A stretch of DNA of 62,890 nt, filler included, from Octopus bimaculoides (Eukaryota), in assembly GCF_001194135.2 (NCBI RefSeq). It is 4 parts of 4 records of this genome, joined end to end, with 100 filler letters (N's around TTAATTAATTAA, not from the genome) between each part and the next. Parts side by side here need not be neighbours in the genome. Positions count along the whole stretch, not along the records: positions 28,699 to 58,035 come from NC_068986.1; 3 more parts are not named here. One strand, written 5' to 3'. Positions 39,593 to 53,315 of this stretch are shown here, one piece after another; position 1 is the stretch's first letter; each line of letters opens with the position of its first letter. Both the position numbers and the translations under genes were made by a program. Below the pieces are notes generated by a model that was not told the DNA's origin, ran no database searches, and worked only from the letters and a program-made list of their open reading frames with translations.

Positions 39593-40706
39593 GTGCAGAG
39601 TGTTTGAAGTAGTGTACAGGTATTGCATATTGGGGGAAAAGGAGACATTCAGAATTTTGGATAATTCTTTATTAGTGCTTTAGTTCGTTTATCGAACCCG
39701 GAATCATGTAGTTGGTAAGCAAGCTACTTACCACAGCCTGGTTTCATCGTAAAAAGAATTTAGTGGGGAAATTTAAATACTTATCTATTTCTGTTCACGA
39801 ACGTTATATTCGTTTTCAATTTTTTCTTCTGAATGACTAGTTTCTTCAGTATTTGTGTTTCAGCCCCTTTGGATGATAAAACAAAATATTTCTGTTTTCT
39901 TTTATGAATCGCTACACTCAGCCTTACGACTTATTAATTCCAATGACAAACATGAGAACTTGAGTACTCGTGTTAGAAGAACATATAGAGTAAGTGAATA
40001 CAACACAAAATATATTGCTACTTGAGGAGCTTTGTTCTGAGTTTTAATTTATTTTGATTAGCAGTCTTCCACAAAAGCATTAAATACAAAATTGTATAGA
40101 CGATTCTCAGGCCAAAGTATTGCTACGAAACGAATTCTGACGTGATCGATGCTGTTTGACTGATCACAGGCTGGATCTTTCAAAATGAAAAACTGAAATA
40201 AAGCAATTACTTAAACCCCAACATAGCGTTGCGAGAAAGAAATTAAATGCTAAAAATCATCAACATCCCAAAATAAATAACAACTTTCGTATCGCATTGA
40301 ACATATAAAGGCTGTCCTGAAATATCAGAGAAAATGGCTGCGCTTTCAGTCAGTCGCACGGTCTTTGTTCAAAAGGCAGCAGGTATTCTTCACAGATGTT
40401 ATTCTTGCAATCGTGAGAATGCTCTACTGCCATAGTACTTTTAATTAGAAGTCTCTCATCCTCGTCTTTCTACATGTCTACTCATCACTCACTACTTTGT
40501 TGGATTTCCAATGGCCCAAGAGGGATCATTTAAACAGCTTCTGTAAAACTGATACATAGTGTTTATACAAGCAATAGACTTACAGGTTTTTGTTGTTGTT
40601 GTTGTTGTTGTTTTTTTTTTAACCAAATTACTCTTTTTATTCTTAGCTAAAAGGTTTGGCCATTCTACATACAATAGGCTAGTTGGAGATGTCATTTTGG
40701 TCAACA

Positions 40707-41115
40707 GCAGGCACGAGTATGGTTGTGTGATAAAAAGCTTGCTTACCAACCACATGGTTCCGGGTTCGGTACCACTGCGTGGCACCTTGGGCAAGTGTCT
40801 TCTACTATAACCTCGGGTCAACCAAAGCCTTGTGAGTGGATTTGGTAGAGGGAAACTGAAAGAAGCCCGAAGCCCGTCGTATATGTATGTGTCGGAGGAT
40901 GTGTCTTCGTGCCTGTGTTCGTCCCCTAGCCACCGCTTGACGACCGATGTTGGTGTGTTTATATCCCATAATCTAGCGGTTCTACAAAAGAGAACAATAG
41001 AATAAGTACCATGCTTAACAAAATGATAAGTACTGGAGTCGATTCATTCGACTAAAGGTTCTTCAAGGCGACGCTCCAGCATGGCCGCAGTCTAATGACT
41101 GACACAAGTAAAAGG
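40707..41115 (+). mobile_element. Abundant Octopus-type SINE (related copies: 43935-44312 plus; 42690-43135, 57010-57200, 61730-62128, 62372-62785 minus; partial 13400-13620, 15300-15480, 26705-26862)
   Basis: tRNA-like head ...GGTTCCGGGTTCGGTACCACTGCGTGGCACCTTGGGCAAGTGTCTTCTACTATA, an internal microsatellite and tail ...CCAGCATGGCCGCAGTC...GACTGA.ACAAGTAAAAG. Confidence 0.92.
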
Positions 41116-41849
41116 TAACTGTTCGTTTAAATATACACGTGAATGGCCCTTCTGTAAAACGTAAGCATCTTTTAGCATTATCCAAGCTTCTTCCCTGTAT
41201 CTTACTGTTATCTTCCTATTTAGCTGCTTTTTCACTATTTAAGTAAAAGTTTTATAGTTGGTAGTGTATATTTTACTGCTCACTTAAGTACAATATTCGT
41301 GCTTCATTGTATTCAGCCTTGATGCATTATAGTCAGAATCCTCCTTTCCATTCGAGTCTAAGATTAACAAGATTTAAGATGATTTTCCTGAGAAGAGGCT
41401 CTATTTTACAGAGAGGTTGTTTTTCATCCTTTAGTACACAGCTTCTGGGGTTAGAAACACACTTGTATTTAATGCTGACTCGTTGAAGTGCTTTTTTCCG
41501 ATAACGAAGTTTTTCAATGAAGTGCTTGTCTTCATCTGCAAAGGTTTGGGGTTATTAATTTCCCCTCAAGAATGTGAATTGTAGAATATCCTTCAGTTTA
41601 GACTGTCGTTTTCATGAAATGTATTTCCTTTTAACTTCCATCAAAAATCTTCTGCTTTCTAAAGATAGTTCCGAGAATCTTAAAAAAAAAACACTCTTCA
41701 TTGTAGTCATCTCTGTTGAATTGGTTTTATACCGAAATGTACATAAGTATTGAATGATGATCCTTGTGGTGACGAGAAAGCTGGCCGTTTACTTAATTTT
41801 TAGCGCTTTTTTTTTCTTTTTTTATCTTGTTTAGACTGAATGTATTCAT

Positions 41850-42365
41850 TAAATAGCCAGGCATTCTTATTGTTGACGTTCTGAGTTCAAATTTCGCTGA
41901 GGTCGAGTTTTCCTTTAATCCTTTCATGGTCGATAAAATAAGTACCAGTTGAACACTAGGGTCGATGTAATCACTTTATCTCATCGCTAATAATTGCTGA
42001 CTTTGTGCCAAAATTTTAAATCATTATTGCTGTATTGAGGATTAGGTTCTGCGTTCAAATCCCTCAGAGATCGACTATGGCGTTCATCATTTCGGAATTG
42101 ATGAAATAAGTACCAGTTTCACACTGGGGTCGATGTAATCGACTTATCCCCGCCTTTACAATTCTTTGCCCTGTGCCAAAATTTTAAATCATTATTACTG
42201 TGGTTGGGTTTACGTTTTGAGTTCAAACCCCGCTGGGGTCAACTTTACCTTTCATCCTTTCGGGATCGGTGAAATAAGTACCAGGTTCACATTGTGGTCG
42301 ATGTAGTCGACTAACCCTTCTCCCAGAATTTTGGGCTCTGTGCCTATCGCAGAAAGAATTATTAC
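41850..42365 (+). mobile_element. Three tandem head-truncated SINEs
   Basis: Three repeats of gttcaaat...gtcga...cat...ttt...gataaaataagtaccag...gggtcgatgtaatc...gtgccaaaatt...attatt. Confidence 0.85.
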
Positions 42366-42408
42366 TCTTATAGTACTAATTGCACTCGGAGATAGCCATT
42401 TGCTTTGA

Positions 42409-42484
<76 letters not shown>

Positions 42485-44520
42485 ATGTGTGTGTGTGTGT
42501 GCGCGCGCGCGTGTGTGTGTGCGCGCGTGCGTGTGCGGTGAAAGGTGTGTGTTGTCGAAGGTGCTTAGCTATGAAGTGGTGTGAAGTTTGACGTGGATTT
42601 CGTTTCAAATAACAATTTTCATCTTCAATGAATAATTTAGTTCTAAACGTTCCACCTCCCCTCTCACCAGAAACTAATTCATCACTTTCTCAACTTTTAT
42701 TCTTTCGCTTGTTTGAGTCATTTGACTGCAGCCATGCTGGAGCTCCACCTTGAAGGGTTTTAGTCGAAAACCTCGACCCCAGGACGTATTTCTTAAACCT
42801 AGTACTTATTCTATTGGTCTTGTTTACCGAACCGCTAGGTTACGAGGACGTAAACATACCAACACCGGTTGTCAAGTGGTGACGGTTGGTGGGGGACAAA
42901 CACGGACACAAAGACCCACACACACACACACAGACGCATACATAATACATACATACATACATACATATACTACGAGATTCTTTCAGTTTCCATCTACTAG
43001 ATCCACTCACAAGGCTTGGTTGACTCGAGTCTATAGTAGAGGACACTTACCCAAGGTGTGCCATGCAGTGGGACTGAACTCAGAACCATGTGGTCGGGAA
43101 GCAAACTTTCTTAGCACACAGCCACGCATGCGCCTATACTATTTGCAATCTTTTAATATTTACTGACATTACTGCTTTCGTCTTCTTTGTGGCATTTGTT
43201 TTGGATCTTTACGTTTTCATTTCAAATGCCACCGAGCTCAGCTTCACCTTTCATTCTTTCGGAGTCAATACAATAACGAGCAATTGATCACTGGGCTTGA
43301 TGCAATAATCGACTAGCCTCTCCCCACCACCAAGTCATTTCCGGCCTTGTGTCTATAATAGAAAGAATTGTTATTTTAGCCTTAGTTAAGCTTTGATCGT
43401 GCAGACCAAAGCGGTAGTCATCCCGGGGAGGCGCGTGGCTTTGTGATTAGGGTGTTGAACTCATGATTGCTAGATTGTAGTTTCGATTCCTGGACCGGGT
43501 GACGTGTTATGTTCTTGAGCAAAACACTTCATTTCACGTTGCTCCAGTCCACTCAGCTGGCAAAAATGAGTAATCGGTGGAATATATATGCCATGGAAAC
43601 CGGGAAACCGGCCCTTATGAGTCGGTATGGCTCGAGAAGGAATCTTTATTTAACTTTTTAAACTTTAATCATCCCATGTCTGTTTTCTCATTCGTAGTAT
43701 AACTAACCGATATTTGTCCTTCCTTTTTAAGACAAGAATGTGCGATACAAAGACAATTTGACTGCTTTGTCTAGCGGGTCGAACAACCACATGGAGTTTC
43801 TGTCTGATTAGCTCATGTCGTTGCACTTGTAGATCAGAGCTTACCAAGCAGACTTATTATCAAAGGTGTTCCTTCCATGACCAACATAATCAACTTCTAT
43901 CATTATCCGGAGGCCAGGTGGTAAAAAGTTTACTTCTCAACTACGTGGTTGTGGGTTCAGTCCTACTACGTGGCTCCTTGGACAAGTATCTTCTACTATA
44001 GCCTCGGGTTGATCAAAGTCTTGTTACTTGATTTGACGAAATTGAAAGAAGTCTGTCGTATATCTATCTGTGTATGCGCATCTGTATGTGCACATGTATG
44101 TGTGTCTTTGTGTCAGTGTTTATCCCCCACCACCGCTTGACAACCGGTGTTGGTGTAATTATGTTTCCGTAACTTTGCAGTTCCGCAATACAAACCGATA
44201 GAAAAAGTACCAGGCTTTAAAAAAACATAAATTCTGGGGTCGATCTGTTTGGCTAAAATTCTGCGAAGCAATGCCCCAGCATAGCCACAGTCTAACGACT
44301 GAAACAAAGTACAGGGTAAAAAAAAAAACAAAGTATTTGGTTCCACGGTGTCTCGCCATCCCTCACATTTATTTTAAGGAACAGCCCTTGATTCACAAGC
44401 AAAGACAACCAAAAAGCTTCTCAACAGCATAAGAACACTTATTTGAACAGCGTGTTAGAAGAAAATGCACTGAGAACTTGGCGACAAACAGGAAACCGAA
44501 AGGAAGGAGTCAGGAAAGAC

Positions 44521-44790
44521 AGAGAGAAGATAATCTATAGACATACAACGGCGACTTCAGAAGACCAGCTCAAGAAGGTACTCAAGACAGAGAGAAGATA
44601 GCCTGTGGACTTACAATTTGAATTCAGAAAGACTGGCTCAAGAAAGTACTAAAGACAGAGAGAAGGTAGTATGTGGACTTACAAGCTGAATTCAGAAAGA
44701 CAGGCTCAAGAAAGTGCTAAAGACAGAAAGAAGGTAGTCTGTGGACTTACAACGGCAACTTCTGAAAGACCGGCTCAAAAAGTATTAAGT
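44521..44790. repeat. Minisatellite, four copies of a 68-bp unit
   Basis: Units start at 44521, 44589, 44657 and 44725 (agagagaag.tag.ctgtggacttacaa...ttcagaaagac.ggctcaagaaagtactaaagac). Confidence 0.93.
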
Positions 44791-47275
44791 TAAGAGTGGA
44801 ACGAATGGATTTTGTGATCAATGATCGCTGATTTCTGCAAGCATTGTACATAACGAATGACAGACAGGACGATTTGGTTATTCTGTCTAGCAAATCTAGC
44901 CACATTGTCAAAAATTCCTAATTTGTGTGAATATTTTTGTACTATTTTTTTTTAACTGTTTCAGTCATTGGACCATGGCCATGCTGCAGCACTGCCTTGA
45001 AGTGTTTGATCGAACAGATCGATCCCAGTACTTATTGATTTTATTCAACTGAAAAAGAATACAACAAGGCATAGCTCCAGCATAGTCGCAGTCTAATGAC
45101 TAAAACAAGTAAAAGATAATTCCAGATTTATGGAATAAAAATTTCTTCCAAACACCCATCCATAACAGCCCATTCTAAAACATAATTACCACTCCACTCA
45201 AACCCACACACTCAAGGGAGATTTTAACTCAACAGAGACTACATAAAGCCAAAATTAACTTCAATGCATCGCAGTCCGACGATGGCTTAACTACCCGAAT
45301 CTTCGATGTCACCGTCAATACTATTCTTATTTAAGAATAATAAATTTATTGTTATATTGTTATATTGCTATATTTCGTGATGGCCACACTTTTTTTCTTG
45401 ACAGATAAACACACTCACTACATATTGATTCTTCACTCGTTTATTATTGTCCTTATTTTATCTTATATCCATTGTCTGTTGAGCCTCTATATTCTACTTG
45501 AGCACGTTGGTAGAGCACTGATGAGCTTTTCTTCTCTTTGAACTCCCGCCAGTGTCCGCCTATTCGCTCCCCTATGCTACGTGCCAAATGAGTGAAGAAC
45601 CAATATATAGTGCGTGTGTTTATTTGGCAAGATATAACTGACCGTCCCGAAATATAACAAAATATGTTTCAACACATGATTTCACATCAGGANNNNNNNN
45701 NNTGTAGGCTTCTGAACTTGCAATCTTAGATACTACGTATGACAATATATACAATGAAAGTCACGTATCATGATCAAGGATAATGTCATCAAAGATTTAT
45801 TGTTATCAAAATAAGGGGGCTTCAAACGCACAAAGTATGATCTAAACTTTGTTTAATATTATCAGCCGGTTATAGTTATTTAGGCTATTTAAAACTCTTC
45901 GTCGTAAGGTGATGACAATAAGCGGTTTCTACTGTATTCGTGTATCACCGTGAGCACACGCGAGTGTGTGTGCACACGTTTGCGTGCGTACGTGTGTGTG
46001 TGTGTGTGTGTGTTATTATATTTGCCAGTTGAGATGTCTAGAGGTAAGCTAGAATACATCTGCGCATATGTAGGTATATATGTATGTATGCATGTGCACA
46101 TATGTATGTGCATGTGTGTGTATGCTTGTGTGTTTGTATGTAAATCCGTATGAGTTTGCGTCTCTGTGTAAGTGTATGTGTGTGCGCGCGTGTGCAGTTA
46201 TATATACGCATGTGTGAGGGCATGCCATTGATATTATAATTGTCTATTTCCTTTTATATATATATTGCATTTATAATTTATTTTTTCCTTCGCTTAGGTC
46301 TCTGTTTAGGGACATATGTGTCGATTGAACGAAATAAAACATATCAGCCAACAACTACATTTTTTTCTCTTCTTCATCGCGCATAAGACTGTATGTATTT
46401 CATTATGTATACATGTATATGTATATATGGATATATATATATATANNNNNNNNNNNNNNNNNNNNNNNNNNNNNNNNNNNNNNNNNNNNNNNNNNNNNNN
46501 NNNNNNNNNNNNNNNNNNNNNNNNNNNNNNNNNNNNNNNNNNNNNNNNNNNNNNNNNNNNNNNNNNNNNNNNNNNNNNNNNNNNNNNNNNNNNNNNNNNN
46601 NNNNNNNNNNNNNNNNNNNNNNNNNNNNNNNNNNNNNNNNNNNNNNNNNNNNNNNNNNNNNNNNNNNNNNNNNNNNNNNNNNNNNNNNNNNNNNNNNNNN
46701 NNNNNNNNNNNNNNNNNNNNNNNNNNNNNNNNNNNNNNNNNNNNNNNNNNNNNNNNNNNNNNNNNNNNNNNNNNNNNNNNNNNNNNNNNNNNNNNNNNNN
46801 NNNNNNNNNNNNNNNNNNNNNNNNNNNNNNNNNNNNNNNNNNNNNNNNNNNNNNNNNNNNNNNNNNNNNNNNNNNNNNNNNNNNNNNNNNNNNNNNNNNN
46901 NNNNNNNNNNNNNNNNNNNNNNNNNNNNNNNNNNNNNNNNNNNNNNNNNNNNNNNNNNNNNNNNNNNNNNNNNNNNNNNNNNNNNNNNNNNNNNNATGTA
47001 TATGTATAGAGAAAGATAGATATATGTATACATGTATGTGTGCGTGCGTGTGTGCGCAAGTGTGTGTGTGTGTGTGTGTTAACCTTACAACTCAAGACTG
47101 TTGACCCTTTGCTCTGTAACAATTACTGATAACCAAGCCTACTTTAATTTTCTTCACATTTCCAACACGATCAACATTCCTTTCTACTCTTGCTCGGTCT
47201 TCCCCCGCTCCTTCATCCCCTCCTAGATTACTCTCTTTCTCTCTATCTATCTATCAATATATCTATCTATCTCTG

Positions 47276-47334
<59 letters not shown>

Positions 47335-47347
47335 CTATCTATTTCTG

Positions 47348-47382
<35 letters not shown>

Positions 47383-48779
47383 CCCTCTTTTCCTTTCTTT
47401 TTTGCTCTTTTCTTTCCGTTCCCATTCTTAGAATGGCAAAAATTGATGATAGAATCTCGCCGGTAGCTTACTCTTACTTATTTCGAAACATATTGTTTTC
47501 TGTTCCTTTGTTTTATTTATCATTCTCATTTTGCGTTGTTTTTGTTGCACACTTTGTTGTAGTTTTGTCGGTAATTGCTTTAGGGACATCGAGATGTGTC
47601 GCCTCACTGTCCAAAGAAACATCACCGCCAATACAAGCAACATCAGCATCAACATCACCACAGCAATTAACACCATCACAAACAACACTAACACTGACAA
47701 CTTTCCAACACCAATAACAACAAGACCAACATTTTTTGCATTTATCTATATAATCTGTAAACTCTGATAACTATCTATCTAAGACATATCTTTTTGACTC
47801 TCTCCCTATTATCTCTGTACCCTGTTGTCTATCTATCATCTATCTATCTATTCATCTATCGATCTACCCATCTATCTAGCTAGCTAGCTAGCTTGCTATC
47901 GATTTATCTCTCTATCTTAATTTAACTGTCTACTTATTTTTTATTTGTCTGTCTCCGTCTACTTTGAGTGCTGAAGTTCACCTCGGCAATGCGGATGTGC
48001 CCACATCTTTTATTAGCCTAACTCGCAATTCTTTTAAAATAAGAACATCTCAACATATACATTTATGACACTTGAGAGAGGACATTAATACGACATCATC
48101 TAAATAGATCTGGCTTTCAGAAACAACAAAGCCTGTTGTTTTATAATTTAATTGCCGATTGTGAAGTGCGTCGTACTTTGCATTATAGTATTGTCGATTT
48201 CATTCAAATCTGCACTGTTGACTTTGTTTAAAGGAAAAGATAATAATTTTCTTTCAGAATGATACCGGTTTCAAATATCAATCGGAAATGCTTGATTTCT
48301 ACAAACACTCTGCATAATTCTGACTTCGGACTTCGTTCATTCCAACGTTTGGACTGATGTAGCCAAATTATGAAGTTAACACCTTTTAACTTTGACTTTT
48401 TATGCTTTTTCACTGCTACAAATTACTTCCTCTCCATCACAGCTCTTCTTTGTTCACATGTATGGATTGTATTAAAAATCATTTAACATATATTTCTTTG
48501 CACAAATTACTGTCATACAGCTGTTTTTACTGTGTCAAACAAAGTACAAACGCTATATCTTCAGCAAAATATATGCTAGTGTCCACGAAATTCCGACCTA
48601 GGAAACATATCATAACAGCTAATTCTCTTTAAGGGGCATTTCAGGACAAACTGCTGGAGCGTGCAAATAATGTTTATAGATATCGTTTATTTAAATATCG
48701 CTCAGTTTAATCACCGATCGCCAACACATGTTTTATTCCTGGATGCTTATATGGCCATATATATGTTATATGAACACCA

Positions 48780-49260
48780 TTTTACCTCTAGCAATTATGG
48801 CGTGTTGTATATTTAACTTGGATAAATCTTCGAAGAAAAATGAATAGTACTTTATATCGAGTACCCAACTTTGAGATTGAAATCTATACCAAACAATGAG
48901 ATGAGCACCACTGCATAGTACCAAAGATCCCGCCCTTTCTATCTAGAGTAAAGAGCTAATACTGTAAGAGCTTAGCATTCAAAGGCCCACAAATTTTCAA
49001 CACTCTCCCAATCAACCTCAGAGATCTACGATGTGTTGACGTGGATGTGTTCAAAGAACATTTGGAGAAATTTTTATCTGAGGCGTCTGATAAAAATGAT
49101 ATATGCAGGAAGCATAATGAACATCAGCTCTGTCAACTCGCTACTTCACCAGAAACTTAGGAAGAGAGTCTGGAAGTGGGCATCTAATAAAAAACTAATC
49201 GTATAAAAGGAGATGTCCATCATGGCCACAACCCCTGGCTGAAATCAGTAAACTTGAAGT
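48780..49260 (+). mobile_element. 3' end of a CR1/L2-group LINE
   Basis: SLAFKGPQIFNTLPINLRDLRCVDVDVFKEHLEKFLSE matches the S.S..GP.LFN.LP..LR......FK..LDKFL C-terminus of this group. Confidence 0.8.
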
Positions 49261-49769
49261 AAGTCGCACACTGGCTTCTGGTGCAAAATGCATGCTTGTT
49301 TATATCGCTAGCGGGGAGATAACTCCCTGCCAACTCCAGAGCCGAGACCACCAGATTACGATATTCCTTTGTTTCATCGATGATGGATGCTCGATCGCTA
49401 GAGATAGCAGTAACTCATCTCACCGCTAATGCCCCAACAGGCACTAGTGTTGCGATTATCCAGTAAGCTTGTAAAAATATATATATATTAGCGACAGAGG
49501 CAGTACTATTACCGAGGGGTATTATCTATTTCCACTTAAACGTGGATGTTCTGTTAGAACAAATTTTACTGCAGTAGATACATCGAGAGAAACTCTCAAT
49601 TTGGCTTTTGGTACAAAATGCACCCTAGGATCCGATTTCCAGTACTCATAGTTATTCGTTTCTGATCATCTGCTGATAAATCAAACTTGGTTTCCTTTTT
49701 GAAATATTCGCAATCTCTGATTATGTTTTGAAAGTTCGAAGGAAACGCTTATCCTTCTCTCTTAAATGC

Positions 49770-50316
49770 AAAAATAGCTACAAGTTCTGCAGCTGTTTTA
49801 TTTAATGACATTGCTCTGGCGCATTTTAGTAACATTTTGAAAGGCAGCAAAAGGCAGACTTCTCTTGATGTTTCTAATGAAATGACCTGCAAGTGTGAAA
49901 AGTGAAGGAAGTGTATCCAAAAAGCCTAAATTAAGCAATGTGAAAGAGAAAACGCCAGAAGTCTTAATGGGAGTAGTTTCTCCTTCCAAACAATAATCTT
50001 CCTCTTCCCTGTTCCATCGTCTTCCTCCTGCACAAATCGTACCATCTTTAAGGTAATTAAATTAATAAAACCAGTTTACATATTTCTATTTGCACTCACT
50101 TTTATTGTTTTTATAATTGTCATTTTCCTTGAAATATCAACTTATCTGTTTTAAAACCCATAAAAAAATTATTTGGGAGTGGTTTTGGAAGGAGCTAAAA
50201 CGGCTTGATTATATTTTAATTAATTTCAACGGGGGAAAATTGATTTGTAAAACTAGTAAATCGTAAAACGTGCTCAATCATGGAACGAATTAAATTCGTA
50301 CTACGAGGTATCACTG
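49770..50316 (+). mobile_element. pogo/Tigger-like transposon 3' remnant
   Basis: AAVLFNDIALAHFSNILKGSKRQTSLDVF resembles the Tigger C-terminus; the right end cgaggtatcactg|TA is the reverse complement of a CAGTGATACCTCG TIR with a TA target. Confidence 0.75.
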
Positions 50317-51285
50317 TACATATATATNNNNNNNNNNNNNNNNNNNNNNNNNNNNNNNNNNNNNNNNNNNNNNNNNNNNNNNNNNNNNNNNNNNNNNNNN
50401 NNNNNNNNNNNNNNNNNNNNNNNNNNNNNNNNNNNNNNNNNNNNNNNNNNNNNNNNNNNNNNNNNNNNNNNNNNNNNNNNNNNNNNNNNNNNNNNNNNNN
50501 NNNNNNNNNNNNNNNNNNNNNNNNNNNNNNNNNNNNNNNNNNNNNNNNNNNNNNNNNNNNNNNNNNNNNNNNNNNNNNNNNNNNNNNNNNNNNNNNNNNN
50601 NNNNNNNNNNNNNNNNNNNNNNNNNNNNNNNNNNNNNNNNNNNNNNNNNNNNNNNNNNNNNNNNNNNNNNNNNNNNNNNNNNNNNNNNNNNNNNNNNNNN
50701 NNNNNNNNNNNNNNNNNNNNNNNNNNNNNNNNNNNNNNNNNNNNNNNNNNNNNNNNNNNNNNNNNNNNNNNNNNNNNNNNNNNNNNNNNNNNNATATACA
50801 TATATATACACTTACATATATATATATACATTCATGCATGCATATATATATATATACATACAAAACTATATACTTACATACGCATACATGCACACATACA
50901 TACATACATACATACATACATACATACATACATACATACGTGTTTGTTTCGATTCGTTGGGGAAAACACACATTTATCGACAGAAATACAAGACTGGCAC
51001 CAAAGTGTAACAAACAACCATTCCCTTAGGTCATACGAAGATGATAGTAAATATCGTCAGGATTAACCTTGTGTGCAGAAAACGTTGGCCACATCAGCAG
51101 CTGCTTTCGGAAATACCAGTTCGGTTGTGTCTATCAACGAGGCTATGTATCTTAGTATAAGAATTAGAATAAAATGTAATATAAGAATTAAAAAAAAAAA
51201 ACACGTTTTCCATCCAATGGATTTATCAGTCAGATGGGTTGAAAACGACTGTGTGCTTTCTGTGTGCGTATGTGATGTGTGTGTG

Positions 51286-51326
<41 letters not shown>

Positions 51327-51585
51327 GTGTGTATATGTATGTATATATGCGTGTGTGTGTGTGTACGCCCGCGCGTGTGTATATATATATATATCTATTT
51401 GTGTATGTATATATGTATATGTATCTGTTATATATGTAGATAATCGTATTGTATTTTCGTTTTCATCCCATATATGTCAATGTACAATCGTGCATACACC
51501 TATGTCTATATACATATAAATAAACGTTCATACACACTCACACACACACATACACACACACATACACACACATATACATTCATAT

Positions 51586-51617
<32 letters not shown>

Positions 51618-52649
51618 TATATAAGTGTGTGTGTATATACATAAATATATGCATAAGTGTGTATGTATGTCTATATACGTATAAATAAACGTTCATACAC
51701 ACTCACACACACACACATACACACACACATACACACACATATACATTCATATTATANNNNNNNNNNNNNNNNNNNNNNNNNNNNNNNNNNNNNNNNNNNN
51801 NNNNNNNNNNNNNNNNNNNNNNNNNNNNNNNNNNNNNNNNNNNNNNNNNNNNNNNNNNNNNNNNNNNNNNNNNNNNNNNNNNNNNNNNNNNNNNNNNNNN
51901 NNNNNNNNNNNNNNNNNNNNNNNNNNNATATATATATACATAAGTGTGTGTGTAATTACATAAATATATACATAAGTGTGCGTGCGTATGTATGTATATG
52001 TGTGTGGGGGGGTGAACGTGGGAATATATATATAAATACACACATATGTATGTACGTGTGCGCGTGTGTATGTGTAGGTGTGTGTAACCATTCCTTAAAA
52101 CCTGAAGAACACTAGAGGAGCATTCTAGTAGCAATATCCATCAGATGTTGAAATAAATGGGTAAAGTTGCAGATAGCGACAGAGAGAAATGAAGTGTGTA
52201 TACAATAAGAAAAAGAAGATATCGCAAGATGGCGACGACGACGACGACGACGGCGAAAACAAAGCCAGAGGAGGCGGCGGTTGCGGCGTATCTTAAAAAC
52301 GAAAGGTTGGTTGTATGGAGGGGAAGAAGGTAAAGATAAAAGGGTTAGTGTGGTTGATAATTAGTTTTTGCTATCTATCCCGTGTCGCCTGAAGCATCGG
52401 ACTTTGACTGAATTCCCTGATCAACCTACCAATCACTTCAACTCGACGTTGGAAGATTCCATTTTAAAAATTTCACCTTCAGGATGTTAAAAACAAACTT
52501 CTTTCACTTTTATACTACACGCGCGCGAACAAACATTCACACACTTTCACATACGTATACGCACACACATTCACACACATATACACACGCATACACACAC
52601 GCATACGTACATATATGTGAGCATATATATATATGTGTGTGTGTATTTT

Positions 52650-52683
<34 letters not shown>

Positions 52684-52781
52684 NNNNNNNNNNNNNNNNN
52701 NNNNNNNNNNNNNNNNNNNNNNNNNNNNNNNNNNNNNNNNNNNNNNNNNNNNNNNNNNATGTTATAATACTTAATTCATTA

Positions 52782-53315
52782 AAGGCGGTGAGCTGGCAGA
52801 AACGTTAGCACGCCGGTCGAAATGCTCAGCGGTATTTCGTCTGATTTTACGTTCTGAGTTCAAATTCCGCCGAGGTCGACTTTGCCTTTCATCCTTTCAG
52901 GGTCGATTAAATAAGTACCAGTTACGCACTGGGGTCGATATAATCGACTTAATCCGTTTGTCTGTCCTTGTTTGTCCCCTCTGTGTGTAGCCCCTTGTGG
53001 GCAGTAAAGAAATAAGAAACGTTAGCACGCTGGGCGAAATGCTTACGTTCTGAGTTCAAATTCTGCCGAGGTTGACTTTGCCTTTCATCATTTCGGGGTC
53101 GATAAATTAAGTATTAGTTACGCACTGGAGTCGATATAAGCGACTTAATCCGTTTGTCTGTACTTGTTTGTCCCTTCTATGTTTAGCCCCGTGTGGACAA
53201 TAAAGAAATAAGAAATGTTAGCACGCGGGCGAAATGCTTAGCGGTATTTCGTCTGCCGCTACGTTCTGAATTCAAATTCCACCGAAGTCGACTTTGCCTT
53301 TCATCCTTTCGGAGG
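52782..53315 (+). mobile_element. Head-to-tail SINE trimer
   Basis: Copy 1 52782-53015 is full length; copy 2 53016-53211 and copy 3 53212-53315 both restart at gaaa(c/t)gttagcacgc. Confidence 0.92.

Noticed and set aside
44521-44790. CRISPR-like regular repeat
   Set aside because: Contiguous tandem units without unique spacers, in a eukaryotic context.
45260-45310. Hammerhead-like CCGACGA...CGAATC
   Set aside because: Both core halves are mutated and stem II is unpaired; at most a dead PLE relic.
47190-47717. 175-aa ORF with a hydrophobic segment
   Set aside because: Built from (TCTA)n and CA-rich low-complexity sequence.
51500-51960. ~165-bp tandem duplication of microsatellite-rich sequence
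   Set aside because: Abuts a gap and is mostly simple repeat; likely an assembly overlap or trivial slippage.
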